From Patescibacteria group bacterium (GTDB taxonomy: Bacteria; Patescibacteriota; Minisyncoccia; Phycocordibacterales; GCA-2747955), in assembly GCA_048538215.1 (NCBI GenBank), contig JBLYPV010000001.1, positions 467,850-531,849 on the forward strand: a DNA stretch of 64,000 nucleotides. The letters run 5' to 3'. Shown piece after piece: positions 1-10,186 of the stretch. Every line of letters begins with the position of its first letter. Position 1 is the first letter of the stretch. The position numbers and the translations under genes are program-made. The notes below the pieces were generated by a model, which was given only the letters and a program-made list of their open reading frames with translations, ran no database searches and was not told the origin of the DNA.

Positions 1-1451
1 TTTTGATTAAGATCACCAGAATCAAAATTTGTCCCTTCTCCATCAAAAGTAATACTAAACTCCGGGTTGATATAGTCACGAGCTAGCTTTTGTGTGTCTA
101 ACACTTCCAATTCAAAATCAAACTTACCACCTTCTTGGGGTTCAATTTCTGCAAGTGATCCATAATCGCTCTGCTTCCAAGAAATGAGATTTTGAGATGA
201 TTGATAGTAGCCATACCTAGATTTGATACTCGTCTTGTCATATCCAATACCATCCAAATGCGCTGAGAGCTTCATATCCAAAATTTTACTAGCTATATTA
301 TTTTGATAACCAAGCACTACTTTTAGTTTTTGGCCTGGCTTGACCACCACATCCCCCTGTTTATCTCCATTCACATCAAGTGTGAGAGTAATCGGGGGCT
401 TGGTAAGTCTAATACTTGACTGATCGAGGGCATACACAGTACCTAAGGTGCCCTTTTGTTCACTGCTCTCTGATCCTAAAGAATAGCGAAATGTCCGCTC
501 TTCATTGTCTTGCCCACGAATGATGCCGTTGATAGTAATAGGAATTCGCTCTCCTGGCTGGAGCTCTTTTATCACATAGGTATTATGATCAATTCCTAGA
601 GGAGTAGAGGAGACAAACTCGAAGCCAAATGGATAGTCTACTGTAAAAAGCAAATTGCGAAGCACCTTACTTGCATTTGAAATAAGCTCAATTGAAAGAG
701 CCACTTTATCACCACTTTGAAAATTTATTGAGTGCTTCGCATTGATTACAACAGGGGCTGAATCAAGCTCTACTTGATATACCCGCTCTTTAAAAAAGAG
801 GATATCGCTACCAGGCACTCGGTACTGAAAGCTCACCGTAATCTCTTTGAGATCATTTTCTGAGCCAAATAAAATTGCCTTAAAGCGCTCGCTCCCACTA
901 AGCCCTGCAGTAATCTCATCAATGCTTCTTATGTCCTTTTTCATAGGAAGCCCGCCTTTTGGATCAATAGTACCTGTAGGATAATTGATAACGATATCTG
1001 ACAATACTAAGTTTACCTGATTATTATTAGTAATATATACATCAAAAACTAACTCCTCGCCGGCTGATATTGAATTTGGGCCACGCACCGAAAGCTCTAC
1101 TGCATCATAAGAAACCTCATTGACTTGCAGATAATATACTATTGCCGCCGCTCCTAATGAAAATATAAAAAATACTATTGAGATAATCAGCGCCTTGGTG
1201 AATACCGTCATGGGTGCCTTGCGCTTTGGTCGCTCACTTTCTTTCTCTTTTTTTCTACTCTCTTCTTTTGCTCCCCCCCAGCTAGTAGATATGTTCTGGT
1301 CTACTTCTTGCGCACCAAAGCCCTTGCGCTTGTAAGGCTTTATTTTTGACGTCTTAGAATAGAGCTTTTGTTGTACCCTATCCACCGATCCAAGCTCGGG
1401 AATCTTTGATTTACTCTTAAATTTATGATGGGAAGAGTCAGGCTTTGTCAT
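1..1451 (-). CDS. Membrane-anchored hypothetical protein, partial (C-terminus runs off the window start). N-terminal Lys/Arg-rich cytoplasmic tail, one TM helix, large extracytoplasmic domain
   Basis: Long open frame on the minus strand from ATG at ~1449-1451 to the window edge; not in the ORF track because it is truncated. A hydrophobic stretch is encoded around 1140-1200. No family recognised. Confidence 0.45.
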   Translation of the reverse strand, partial: MTKPDSSHHKFKSKSKIPELGSVDRVQQKLYSKTSKIKPYKRKGFGAQEVDQNISTSWGGAKEESRKKEKESERPKRKAPMTVFTKALIISIVFFIFSLGAAAIVYYLQVNEVSYDAVELSVRGPNSISAGEELVFDVYITNNNQVNLVLSDIVINYPTGTIDPKGGLPMKKDIRSIDEITAGLSGSERFKAILFGSENDLKEITVSFQYRVPGSDILFFKERVYQVELDSAPVVINAKHSINFQSGDKVALSIELISNASKVLRNLLFTVDYPFGFEFVSSTPLGIDHNTYVIKELQPGERIPITINGIIRGQDNEERTFRYSLGSESSEQKGTLGTVYALDQSSIRLTKPPITLTLDVNGDKQGDVVVKPGQKLKVVLGYQNNIASKILDMKLSAHLDGIGYDKTSIKSRYGYYQSSQNLISWKQSDYGSLAEIEPQEGGKFDFELEVLDTQKLARDYINPEFSITFDGEGTNFDSGDLNQ

Positions 1452-1599
1452 AGCCCTAGTATATCGTGGCATTCTTAATTGACCAACCATTCTATACACT
1501 ATCTACCGTATCAAGGTCGGTATACCATCCCATACCAAGCTCCAAGATACTTGTATGAAAAAGCTAGCGATAAAGCTCTAAAATGCATATACTAGGGCT

Positions 1600-2547
1600 A
1601 TGCCTGAATTGCCTGAAGTACAAAATACCGTCGATGGCCTTCGTGAAACTGTGATTGGCAAAACTATTTCTGATATTTGGACAGACTACACGAGTGAGTA
1701 TTATCGAGGAAAACAATCTTATAAAGATCCAGAGTATTTTCAATGGATGCGAAGCCAATTGATAGGCAAGTCTATTCTTCAAATAGAAAGACGAGGTAAA
1801 TATATTACCCTTCTTTTGAAAGAGGATTGGATGCTTTTAGTACATATGAAAATGACTGGACACTTTATGTATGGACACTGGGAATGGAACAATCAAAAAT
1901 CACGGTGGCAGCCACCTCTTGGGTTTTGGGATTCATCTTGGAATCTCTCTCGCGAAGAAGTGATGCGGACGATGCCTTTTTCTGATCCTTATAATAATTT
2001 TATTCATCTGATGATCACTTTCGAAGATGGAAGCCAGCTTGCCTTGAGTGATATGCGTACCTTTGCACGATTCGAATTATTAAAAAAAGAAGAGGTGAAT
2101 ATTTTGCTCGACTCACTACTAGGGATTGAGCCTTTAGAGCAAAGTACTACTCTAAAGAAGTTTCAAAGTGCTATCAAGCGCAAGCCAAAAAAGAAAATCA
2201 AAAGTGCCCTTTTAGATCAATCTCTGGTGACGGGCTTTGGAAATATTTATAGCGATGAAGCACTTTTCTCTGCTCGGATACATCCCGAGCGATTGGTAGA
2301 GAGCTTGAATGAAGATGAGTGGCGAGCGCTCTACCAATCAGGTAAAAAAATTTTACGACAAGCAATCTCATCAGGTGGCGACAGTATGGGTGATTATCGA
2401 CGCGTTGATGGGACAAGTGGTAGCTATCAAGGGTTTCACCAAGTGTATCAAAAAGAAGGTAGCCCCTGCCCCCACTGTGGCACTCTGATTGAAAAAAAAC
2501 AAATCGACCAACGAATGGGCCGATACTGTGCTCGGTGTCAATTGTAA
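1600..2547 (+). CDS. mutM: Formamidopyrimidine-DNA glycosylase (Fpg/Nei family). At 315 aa it is longer than the canonical ~270 aa, with a Trp-rich insertion
   Basis: N-terminal MPELPEV catalytic motif; C-terminal zinc finger CPHCG...CARCQ; H2TH-like middle region. Confidence 0.85.
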   Translation: MPELPEVQNTVDGLRETVIGKTISDIWTDYTSEYYRGKQSYKDPEYFQWMRSQLIGKSILQIERRGKYITLLLKEDWMLLVHMKMTGHFMYGHWEWNNQKSRWQPPLGFWDSSWNLSREEVMRTMPFSDPYNNFIHLMITFEDGSQLALSDMRTFARFELLKKEEVNILLDSLLGIEPLEQSTTLKKFQSAIKRKPKKKIKSALLDQSLVTGFGNIYSDEALFSARIHPERLVESLNEDEWRALYQSGKKILRQAISSGGDSMGDYRRVDGTSGSYQGFHQVYQKEGSPCPHCGTLIEKKQIDQRMGRYCARCQL

Positions 2548-2577
2548 TACTTTTCTATCAATAAAATTGTTCTCGAT

Positions 2578-2811
2578 TTAATCTACTTGGATATTTCCAA
2601 AAAAAGTTTTCCCCTCTTTGCCGGGTAAGCTATGTACTTCCACAAAAATAGAATCTTTGCCCTCGGCGTGTCGCTTAATTCCACGCTCGACCCCACCAGT
2701 ACTCAGCCAAAAAAGATAGACAAAAACAAAACACAAAATCACTGTAGCAACCGGGAAGTGCCTAAACATGCCGACAAAAAGATTTTCACCATCTCCTGCT
2801 GATTCAGCCAT
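2578..2811 (-). CDS. Small hypothetical membrane protein (77 aa)
   Basis: ORF with one hydrophobic segment (VATVILCFVFVYLFWL); no homology recognised. Confidence 0.25.
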   Translation of the reverse strand: MAESAGDGENLFVGMFRHFPVATVILCFVFVYLFWLSTGGVERGIKRHAEGKDSIFVEVHSLPGKEGKTFFGNIQVD

Positions 2812-2891
2812 AATGTTATCTTAGCAAATCTACTATTAAATACCTATAGAGGCGAAAGCTCAAGCTCTACTTTATTGTTGAAAAATAAAGC

Positions 2892-2920
2892 GTGTAACAT
2901 GTTACACATGTGTTACACAG
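2892..2920. promoter_or_regulatory. Operator-like site: 16-bp perfect palindrome GTGTAACATGTTACAC plus a direct repeat of TGTTACACA
   Basis: Read directly in the sequence: GTGTAACATGTTACACATGTGTTACACAG. It lies in the 170-bp intergenic region upstream of the 77-aa ORF and downstream of trmH-like (both minus strand). Confidence 0.3.
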
Positions 2921-2984
2921 AATTTTTTCTTTTATCGTTTCTCGTGAAACACCTTCAAAATAAAATTATCTTTAGAAAATAAAC

Positions 2985-3455
2985 TTAGCAATCAAGTAGC
3001 CGAAAGAGGGCAATACCACAAGCGGTAGCTACATTGAGTGATTCCTTTTGTCCTTGCATTGGAATATGGCAGATGTGGCTTGCCAAGCTAAGCCAATCAT
3101 TGCTCACGCCATCAATTTCATTACCCACTACAAAAGCTACCCGAGACGAATTATCTACTGGGCTAATCGTTTTATAATCAACCGACTGGGGAGTTTGCTC
3201 AAGGGCAATAATAGTATCGGCTTGGCTTTGCACATACCCAATCGCCTCACTTGTGGTCCCAAAATATTTCCACGCTACAAGCTCCTGAGCACCTACGGCA
3301 GATTTAGCTAGATCACTCCGCTTGCGCCCAAAGCGATCAATGGGCGAGGGGGTAATGCCCACAAGAATAATTTCATCTACTCCTACCCCTTCGGCTGTTC
3401 GAAAAATAGCACCCACATTGTGCGTCGAGCGAATGTTGTCGAGTACTATAATCAT
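2985..3455 (-). CDS. SpoU/TrmH-family (SPOUT) RNA 2'-O-methyltransferase, TrmL-sized (156 aa)
   Basis: N-terminal MIIVLDNIRSTHNVGAIFRTAEGVG and C-terminal HIPMQG...SLNVATACGIALFRL are the SpoU methylase motifs. Confidence 0.75.
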   Translation of the reverse strand: MIIVLDNIRSTHNVGAIFRTAEGVGVDEIILVGITPSPIDRFGRKRSDLAKSAVGAQELVAWKYFGTTSEAIGYVQSQADTIIALEQTPQSVDYKTISPVDNSSRVAFVVGNEIDGVSNDWLSLASHICHIPMQGQKESLNVATACGIALFRLLDC

Positions 3456-3570
3456 AGTATAGGATTATACACGATAGTGACTACAAACTTATAGAGGGCT
3501 ATCCATTATGCATTTTAATTACTTACCATCACACAATGTGAAATTATCAGTATCAGTTATAATATGTAGT

Positions 3571-4365
3571 ATGAAGTATATTTCCTGGAATATAAATGGC
3601 TATCGTGCTTGGGTGGAAAAAGAGGGCACGGTAGATTTTCTCCTCTCACAGAATCCCGACATCATATGCTTTCAAGAAACAAAAGCTCAGACCGAGCAGA
3701 TTGAAAAGTCAGTAGCCCAGCACTTTACAAAGTGGCCCCATCACTTTTTTAACAGTGCAGAGAAAAAAGGATATTCGGGCACCGCAATCCTCTCCAAACA
3801 TGAGCCACTTTCGGTACACTATGGTATTGATGACTTAGCGCTCGCTGATAGCGAGGGCCGAGTAATTACTCTTGAGCTTGATGAGCACTACCTGGTGACT
3901 GTATATACTCCCAATAGCAAGCCCGAGCTAGAGCGAGTCGACCTTCGACACCAAGAGTGGGATGTAAAATTTTTAAAATACTTGCAAAAGCTTGAAAAGA
4001 AAAAGCCAGTGGTAATATGTGGTGATCTTAATGTAGCCCCTACTCATATTGATCTTAAAAATGATAAAACCAATCGCACAACTGACACACGCCCTGGTAG
4101 CCCTGGTGCTACCGACAAAGAGCGCGAGGGCTTTGCCAATTATCTAAGTGCTGGCTTTATTGACACTTGGCGTTACCTACACCCAGATAAGCAAAAGTAT
4201 AGCTGGTGGAGCTATCGCTCAAATGCACGAGCCACCAACGCTGGCTGGCGGATTGATTTTTTCTTAGTATCACAATCACTCAAATCAAATATTCTAAATG
4301 CCGAGATACACGATACTATCTACGGTAGCGACCACTGTCCTATATCTTTAGAATTAAAAAACTAA
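3571..4365 (+). CDS. xth: Exodeoxyribonuclease III / AP endonuclease
   Basis: MKYISWNINGYRA N-terminus and a C-terminal DHCP motif. Start moved to the ATG at 3571, which sits behind a TATAAT at 3558-3563; the ORF-track start at 3508 is probably an upstream extension. Confidence 0.85.
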   Translation: MKYISWNINGYRAWVEKEGTVDFLLSQNPDIICFQETKAQTEQIEKSVAQHFTKWPHHFFNSAEKKGYSGTAILSKHEPLSVHYGIDDLALADSEGRVITLELDEHYLVTVYTPNSKPELERVDLRHQEWDVKFLKYLQKLEKKKPVVICGDLNVAPTHIDLKNDKTNRTTDTRPGSPGATDKEREGFANYLSAGFIDTWRYLHPDKQKYSWWSYRSNARATNAGWRIDFFLVSQSLKSNILNAEIHDTIYGSDHCPISLELKN

Positions 4366-4408
4366 GAAGTTCATCCTTCTTAGTTTTACCTTCAAATTAG
4401 AAATAATT

Positions 4409-5062
4409 TTATCTCAATCCAAAACGGATTTTAATTTGTTCTACTATTCGACCAAAAGTATCTTTCTTTTCTGTACTAGACATATCATCTATAAGACTCT
4501 GGTCAATATGTGATATGCGATGTTTGCCTTTGTGATACATAGCTCCTCTCTTTTGCATTCGCTCTTGTCGCTCTTCTTGTATCCCTGCATCGTTTAATGC
4601 CTGCCGGGCAGTATCAATTGCATCTTGATTGCCAGATCTATGTGCCGCTTCCATCTCTACAAGTAAATAAAAATTATCTTGTGTAATGCTGGGCATCTTA
4701 TCGCTTCCTGAGATTAATCTCCACGCATCATAATCGCCATCTACTACTGCCTGATGAGCTTCAGTACGCTTAGCCATATGTCCTGCTCGTTTTTTAAACT
4801 GCTCTTCATCCATCACTCGCAATTTATTCTCGCCAGCAAATACTAGATACTCATCATAATTACCGTTGCGTGCAAGATCTCGCATTTTCTCATATAGCTC
4901 TGGAGCCATATGAGCTTTCATCCCTCGCTGATTGTTTTTGTAGTCACCTTGTGCAAGCCCTTGATGAGCTTCTGCTCCATAAGCCAAAGAAGATGCTCCT
5001 CCAAAAGCCATAATTCCTGCCAATAATCCCAAACTTATTTTGCCTCCCTTTGTGTTGTACAT
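4409..5062 (-). CDS. Secreted hypothetical protein (signal peptide, His/charged-rich)
   Basis: N-terminal signal-peptide-like LGLLAGIMAFGGASSLAYGA; no family recognised. Confidence 0.45.
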   Translation of the reverse strand: MYNTKGGKISLGLLAGIMAFGGASSLAYGAEAHQGLAQGDYKNNQRGMKAHMAPELYEKMRDLARNGNYDEYLVFAGENKLRVMDEEQFKKRAGHMAKRTEAHQAVVDGDYDAWRLISGSDKMPSITQDNFYLLVEMEAAHRSGNQDAIDTARQALNDAGIQEERQERMQKRGAMYHKGKHRISHIDQSLIDDMSSTEKKDTFGRIVEQIKIRFGLR

Positions 5063-5165
5063 TTATTTTATTATTAAGTATGTAATGACAAAGCCCTCGA
5101 GTGCTTTGTACTTATTACTACAAGTAGCACTAGGTGTTTCTTTCATTTATTGAGAAGCTCCCAAG

Positions 5166-5708
5166 CTAGCCCTCGCGCTCACTTTGAAATTTAAAATTAA
5201 TTCTCTCCATTCTGTGCTGATTAATATATCTTTGTCTGAGATTTTCTCTTCGCTCTACATCCATCTTATATAGGGGTAGTGAATCTCGAAACTTCATCTC
5301 CAAAGGTTTCGCCACCCCCACTTTAAATAGGGCTATGCCACCTGCAAAAGAAATGACGAGCACTAGGATAATTATTAGCAAATTATGGTGGCGATAAGCA
5401 CGGCGTGTATTTTTATAATTAAGCCAAGCAACAAAGGATAGCAATACTAATGCCCCCACCCAAAACCAGGGCATGGTATCAATAAAAGATTTATAATAAT
5501 AATAGTTATGGGGCATATGATTTATGCGAGGTGCGTGTTCACGTAAGGTTTGAAACAAAATCGAAGAAACAGCAAAGGCACCAAGAATGGTAGTGATTGC
5601 TGTTAAGGTATAAAACACACAATCACGAGTGATAAAGTACCAACGAGAAGTTTGTTTGATTTCTCCTGCTTTGATTTTTGTAAGAATTTGGTTTTTTAAA
5701 TTTGTCAT
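5166..5708 (-). CDS. Membrane protein, putative anti-sigma factor partner of the upstream ECF sigma
   Basis: Sits immediately downstream of the ECF sigma gene across a 10-bp gap; 3-4 TM segments. Assignment is by context only. Confidence 0.35.
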   Translation of the reverse strand: MTNLKNQILTKIKAGEIKQTSRWYFITRDCVFYTLTAITTILGAFAVSSILFQTLREHAPRINHMPHNYYYYKSFIDTMPWFWVGALVLLSFVAWLNYKNTRRAYRHHNLLIIILVLVISFAGGIALFKVGVAKPLEMKFRDSLPLYKMDVERRENLRQRYINQHRMERINFKFQSEREG

Positions 5709-5718
5709 AGTATTGTAT

Positions 5719-6279
5719 TTAGTTTTCTAGTAATGATAGCAATTTTTTACGGGCTCTATTTAGTCGTGTCCCCACTGTCCCAATTGGCAACTCCAGCACG
5801 ACCGATATTTCTTCGTAGGAGAGATGCTCTAAATAAAAGAGGGTGATGACTGTTTTATAGCTGTCTGATAATTGGTCGATTGCTCTTTTCATTTTTTCTT
5901 GCAAAAGAATTGCATCGATCTCTGTTTCAATTGTGCTTTCAGATACCATTTGTTGCAAAATTATCGCAGACTCTTCGTTTATTGATATACCTTCTCGATA
6001 CCGCTTATTTCGCTTCCAATCGTTGATTAGTGTGTTATGGCAAATTCTATAAATCCAGGAATTAAAAGACATTCGTGTATCAAAAGAGGCAATATTTTGA
6101 TAGGTGCGAATAAATACATCCTGTAGAATATCTACACGTTGATCCTTTGCCAGACCCGTCTTACGCTCTATGTACCTGTCTAATTTATCCTCATAACGAT
6201 CGATTAAAAACCCAAACATTTCTGGAATACGCACCACCTGAGCAGCAATTTGTTCATCAGTAGTATTATTAAAAGACAT
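5719..6279 (-). CDS. RNA polymerase ECF-type sigma factor (sigma-70 regions 2 and 4)
   Basis: Region 2 FNSWIYRICHNTLINDWKR; region 4 LSYEEISVVLELPIGTVGTRLNRARKKL. Confidence 0.8.
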   Translation of the reverse strand: MSFNNTTDEQIAAQVVRIPEMFGFLIDRYEDKLDRYIERKTGLAKDQRVDILQDVFIRTYQNIASFDTRMSFNSWIYRICHNTLINDWKRNKRYREGISINEESAIILQQMVSESTIETEIDAILLQEKMKRAIDQLSDSYKTVITLFYLEHLSYEEISVVLELPIGTVGTRLNRARKKLLSLLEN

Positions 6280-6334
6280 ATTCTTTATATAGTATTACAG
6301 TTTTGGAGTGCATTTCTTTCACTCAATAGTATAT

Positions 6335-6368
6335 GTAGTATTTAGTGTCACCTGACACTAAATACTAC
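6335..6368. repeat. Family-A palindromic repeat, variant copy (16-bp arms GTAGTATTTAGTGTCA / TGACACTAAATACTAC)
   Basis: Perfect inverted repeat read in the sequence. Shares its left arm with the six other family-A copies. Confidence 0.7.
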
Positions 6369-6379
6369 ATACTGCCAGA

Positions 6380-7918
6380 TTATCGACGGCCGACTTTATA
6401 TTTTTTTCGTATTTGTGCCAATTCGGCCTCTTCAGCTGTGTCTATTGCTTCCTTGCCCTCCCAATGCAATCTTTCTAATTCTTCGTCGGATAGCTTATTT
6501 AGTTGTGTAACATGTTTCACAAGCCAGTCATAATTGTTGTTTTCAGGCATGTGTAACGTTTCACGCATACAAGCATGCAATAACCAGCCTATTCGCTTGC
6601 CAGGTTTCATATGAAACAATTCCATTATATCATCACCCGATATCTTCAAATCTTGCACGGATACGGGGCTTCTCATCGCTTCCTCCATCATTGCTTCATA
6701 TTGACGAAGGCGATAGGGTTGTTCTTTTGGTCTGCCCATTCCTATTCTGTCACAAATACGTAGTTTAATTAAATCCCACACTCGTTCTCCACCACCGACA
6801 TTCCTTATAATCCTACGAACTGCCGATAGGCTAATTTCATCTGGATCCGAAAAAAACATATGCCAACGCACTAGTAATGTTACTCGTGAAACAAGCTCTG
6901 ATGGATAACGAAAACGTTCTAGTATTCTTTTTGTTTTTTTCGCTCCTACTACTTCGTGTCCATAAAAAGTATAATCATTTTTCTCTTTCGACCAACGGCG
7001 TGTCTCTGGCTTTGATATATCATGGAAAAGGGCAGCCAAGCGAATGTCAAGATCCCATTTTTTATCTGCCGCGTGCTCGAGAGTACGAAGTAAGTGTTCA
7101 TATACATCATAAATATGTGATCCATTTTGCTCAATACCCACAGCATCAAGTAATTCGGGGCAAATAACATCAAGAAGCTTGTGTTCTCGTAATAGCTCTA
7201 TCCCATCTCGTGGACTATCACTCATTAAAATTTTAGTAAATTCATCTCGTATACGTTCCCAAGATACATTGTGAAGTTTCATATGAAACTTTTCTACTGC
7301 CTGTGATGTTTCATGTGAAACGCTGAAGCCAAGCGTAGTAGCAAATCGCACAGCTCGAAGTAGGCGCAAGGCATCTTCATTAAATCTATCCTGGGGATCA
7401 CCTACCGTCCGAATTATCTTTGCCTGCAAATCCTGTACACCACCATATAAATCAATAAGCTTTCCACTTGCTGGATTATAGGCAAGTGCATTGATGCTAA
7501 AGTCACGCCGTTCCAAATCTTCATCCAGCGTAGTAGCAAAGCTCACCTCATCTGGTCTGCGACTATCTGAATACTTACCCTCCCTGCGGTAGGGAGTAAT
7601 TTCTACTACTTTTAATTTCTCTAGGGCTTGTATTGTTTCATATGAAACATCTTTTTGTTTAAGCTCTTCGATTTCTAATGCTATTTGGTCATTTACTACT
7701 CCTACTGTCCCATATTGATTTTCATAGAATGTGTGTTCAAATATTTTTTGTATTTCTTCTGGGGTTGCATTTGTAGTAATATCCCAATCTTCGGGAATTC
7801 GATTAAGTAATAAATCGCGAACACAGCCACCTACAATATAAGCTTCGTATCCTGCACTTTGCAATGCTTGAGTACATTCATGAATTTCTTTTGGTACTTC
7901 GAGCTCTATTTTAGTCAT
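6380..7918 (-). CDS. cca: CCA-adding tRNA nucleotidyltransferase / poly(A) polymerase family with HD domain
   Basis: GGCVRDLLL...DWDITT nucleotidyltransferase motif; HD motif LFHDISKP. Start set at MTKIELE (ATG 7918); the track's longer start would translate the TATAAT promoter region. Confidence 0.8.
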   Translation of the reverse strand: MTKIELEVPKEIHECTQALQSAGYEAYIVGGCVRDLLLNRIPEDWDITTNATPEEIQKIFEHTFYENQYGTVGVVNDQIALEIEELKQKDVSYETIQALEKLKVVEITPYRREGKYSDSRRPDEVSFATTLDEDLERRDFSINALAYNPASGKLIDLYGGVQDLQAKIIRTVGDPQDRFNEDALRLLRAVRFATTLGFSVSHETSQAVEKFHMKLHNVSWERIRDEFTKILMSDSPRDGIELLREHKLLDVICPELLDAVGIEQNGSHIYDVYEHLLRTLEHAADKKWDLDIRLAALFHDISKPETRRWSKEKNDYTFYGHEVVGAKKTKRILERFRYPSELVSRVTLLVRWHMFFSDPDEISLSAVRRIIRNVGGGERVWDLIKLRICDRIGMGRPKEQPYRLRQYEAMMEEAMRSPVSVQDLKISGDDIMELFHMKPGKRIGWLLHACMRETLHMPENNNYDWLVKHVTQLNKLSDEELERLHWEGKEAIDTAEEAELAQIRKKYKVGRR

Positions 7919-7981
7919 ATAGTCTATATTATACATTATCAAAGTATTTGCGTTTGATTAATTATTGGTACAATAAGCGAT

Positions 7982-10072
7982 ATGAAAAATAATATCATTA
8001 GCGCTCTAGAGTTTATCGCTATAAGTGCTCTCATTATAGCTCCTCTCAGTTTACTTGCCCTCGATACTAATTTACTATTTCCTTATATCACAAGTAAAGC
8101 TTTTGTCTTTCGAGTGATTGTTGAAATTTTAGTAGCAAGCTGGATTTCACTTGCTCTACTCGTGCCTCGCTACCGTATAAGTTGGCACCACCCACTTGTT
8201 GGCGCCTTTACTCTTTTTATGGGTATTATGCTCGTTGCTAATCTCACCGGACTCGATTGGTACCAAAGCTTTTGGTCGAATGCTGAGCGGATGGATGGCT
8301 ATATTGGGCTCCTCCATTTGTATGGCTTCTTTATTGCTGGGCTCGCAATAATTTGTGCCTCAAAAAAAGAGGCTCCCTTGTGGCAGAATCTCGTTTGGAT
8401 ATTTGCATTCATTATAGGCTTGGGAGCTACCTACACGACTACCTTCGCATCAATTGTGGGTACTTACTCAGCTCTTGTTTTGTTGCTCACCTTTGTGGCT
8501 ATGGGATTTATTTTTGCCCCGAGTTTTCGTAAGCCAAACATTCCAAAATCTCTCCTACACTCCCTTCTCGCTCTCGGAATCTACCTAGGAGTAATTGCTA
8601 TTTTCCAAGACAGCAATCGTGCTGATTCTATTTTGGGCAACCCCATTTACTTAGCTACTTATTCATCTTTTGCTCTCACTATCTGCCTCTACTACGCAAG
8701 CATGATCCAAAGTCACTCACGTCAAAATCTTATTGCTTTTGCAAGCTATTTGCTAGGAGCTGGTTTTTTCTTGCTTATTATATTTGAAACTGCTAGTCGT
8801 GGAGCTATCCTTGGATTAGTCTTTGGTGGCTTGACAGCTGCACTTACTGCAAGCTTTACCGTACGCGACAAAGAAAAACGAGCTTGGCGTTGGGCGGGTA
8901 TTATCTTAGCTGTGTTTATTATATCGAGTATGGGGCTATTCTTTGGCTTTAAAGATAAAATTGCCGAAAGCGACTACCTTCCTTCCTCACACTTGATTAA
9001 ACGAGTTGCACATTTCTCTCTTCAAGATACCACTACCAAACACCGTGTGGCAAATTGGGAACAAGCTATCGAGGGATTCAAGGAGCGCCCTCTCCTTGGC
9101 TGGGGACAAGAGCACTACATGGAAGTATTTTCAAAATATTACCAAGCCGACAAGCTCTATGACGCGGAACAATGGTTTGATAGAACGCACAATATGTTTT
9201 TAGACTGGTTGATATTTGGAGGCATCTTAGGCTTAGGAAGTTTCTTGCTTGTCTTAGGAGTAGCCATCTGGATTATCTGGGCTCGCACGGGTAGCTCTAT
9301 TGATAACCTCAATCGAAGTATTCTCACTGGAATTATAGTAATGTATATGGCACAAAATTTTGTAGCCTTTGACGCCCTCGCGACTAGCATTTGGTTTACA
9401 AGTATCCTTATACTCATTGGGTATTTGTATCAAGCCAAGAGGCAAAATTCATCTACCCACCCAGCAATCATCCGTGACAGTATTGCTCTTTTGGCGGTCG
9501 TAACGGTGTGGCTAGGGATGATCTATTGGATGTATATTTCTGTATATGAAACACGAGCCTACGCACATCAATATATGCAGGTAATGCGTCCCATCTCTAG
9601 TGGAATAAATCTTGGTACTTTGCGCGAGCTTCAATATCCCAGTGTGGCAGAAGCAGTGGAAGCCAATACTTTATTCAAACAAGAATTTCTCGAGCAATTT
9701 ATTAATAGTCCTAAAATTTTCTTGCACCCCGATATCTCAAAAGAAACACGAGAAAAATATGGCGCCCTAGTAGTCAAAGAAGCAGAAGCACAAATTGCTC
9801 GCGAGCCGCACGCAAGCCGGCTACCACTCTTTTACGCTAATTTCTTGATACAAACTGGCAATCCAGATAGAGCTTTACCATATCTTGAACAAGTACATCG
9901 CAATTCACCAGAGAAGATTCAGCCACTTTGGCTATTGGGACAGGTATATGAAAGTAAGGGTGATACCGAGCAAGCTCTCGAATATTTCCAAATGGCTAGC
10001 GAATTAGCTCCAGAGTATGAGGAGGCACAAGAGCGCTATCAAAAAGCTCAAGAGCGAATGAGTGACCAGTAA
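7982..10072 (+). CDS. O-antigen ligase (Wzy_C) family polytopic membrane protein with C-terminal TPR repeats
   Basis: More than 12 TM segments; Wzy_C-like loop RTHNMFLDWLIFGGILGLG; C-terminal TPR-like LEYFQMASELAPEYEEA. Confidence 0.65.
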   Translation: MKNNIISALEFIAISALIIAPLSLLALDTNLLFPYITSKAFVFRVIVEILVASWISLALLVPRYRISWHHPLVGAFTLFMGIMLVANLTGLDWYQSFWSNAERMDGYIGLLHLYGFFIAGLAIICASKKEAPLWQNLVWIFAFIIGLGATYTTTFASIVGTYSALVLLLTFVAMGFIFAPSFRKPNIPKSLLHSLLALGIYLGVIAIFQDSNRADSILGNPIYLATYSSFALTICLYYASMIQSHSRQNLIAFASYLLGAGFFLLIIFETASRGAILGLVFGGLTAALTASFTVRDKEKRAWRWAGIILAVFIISSMGLFFGFKDKIAESDYLPSSHLIKRVAHFSLQDTTTKHRVANWEQAIEGFKERPLLGWGQEHYMEVFSKYYQADKLYDAEQWFDRTHNMFLDWLIFGGILGLGSFLLVLGVAIWIIWARTGSSIDNLNRSILTGIIVMYMAQNFVAFDALATSIWFTSILILIGYLYQAKRQNSSTHPAIIRDSIALLAVVTVWLGMIYWMYISVYETRAYAHQYMQVMRPISSGINLGTLRELQYPSVAEAVEANTLFKQEFLEQFINSPKIFLHPDISKETREKYGALVVKEAEAQIAREPHASRLPLFYANFLIQTGNPDRALPYLEQVHRNSPEKIQPLWLLGQVYESKGDTEQALEYFQMASELAPEYEEAQERYQKAQERMSDQ

Positions 10073-10080
10073 ATAGCCTA

Positions 10081-10117
10081 GGGTAGCATTTATTTACACC
10101 TGACACTAAATACTACC
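10081..10117. repeat. Family-A palindromic repeat (reverse orientation)
   Basis: Reverse complement reads GGTAGTATTTAGTGTCAGGTGTAAATAAATGCTACC. Confidence 0.7.
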
Positions 10118-10186
10118 TTAGGTGTCACTCTCAAATTTAATCTTATCCCTTGAGGGAGGTCGGGAGGTCAGGTATGATAGATAGTA

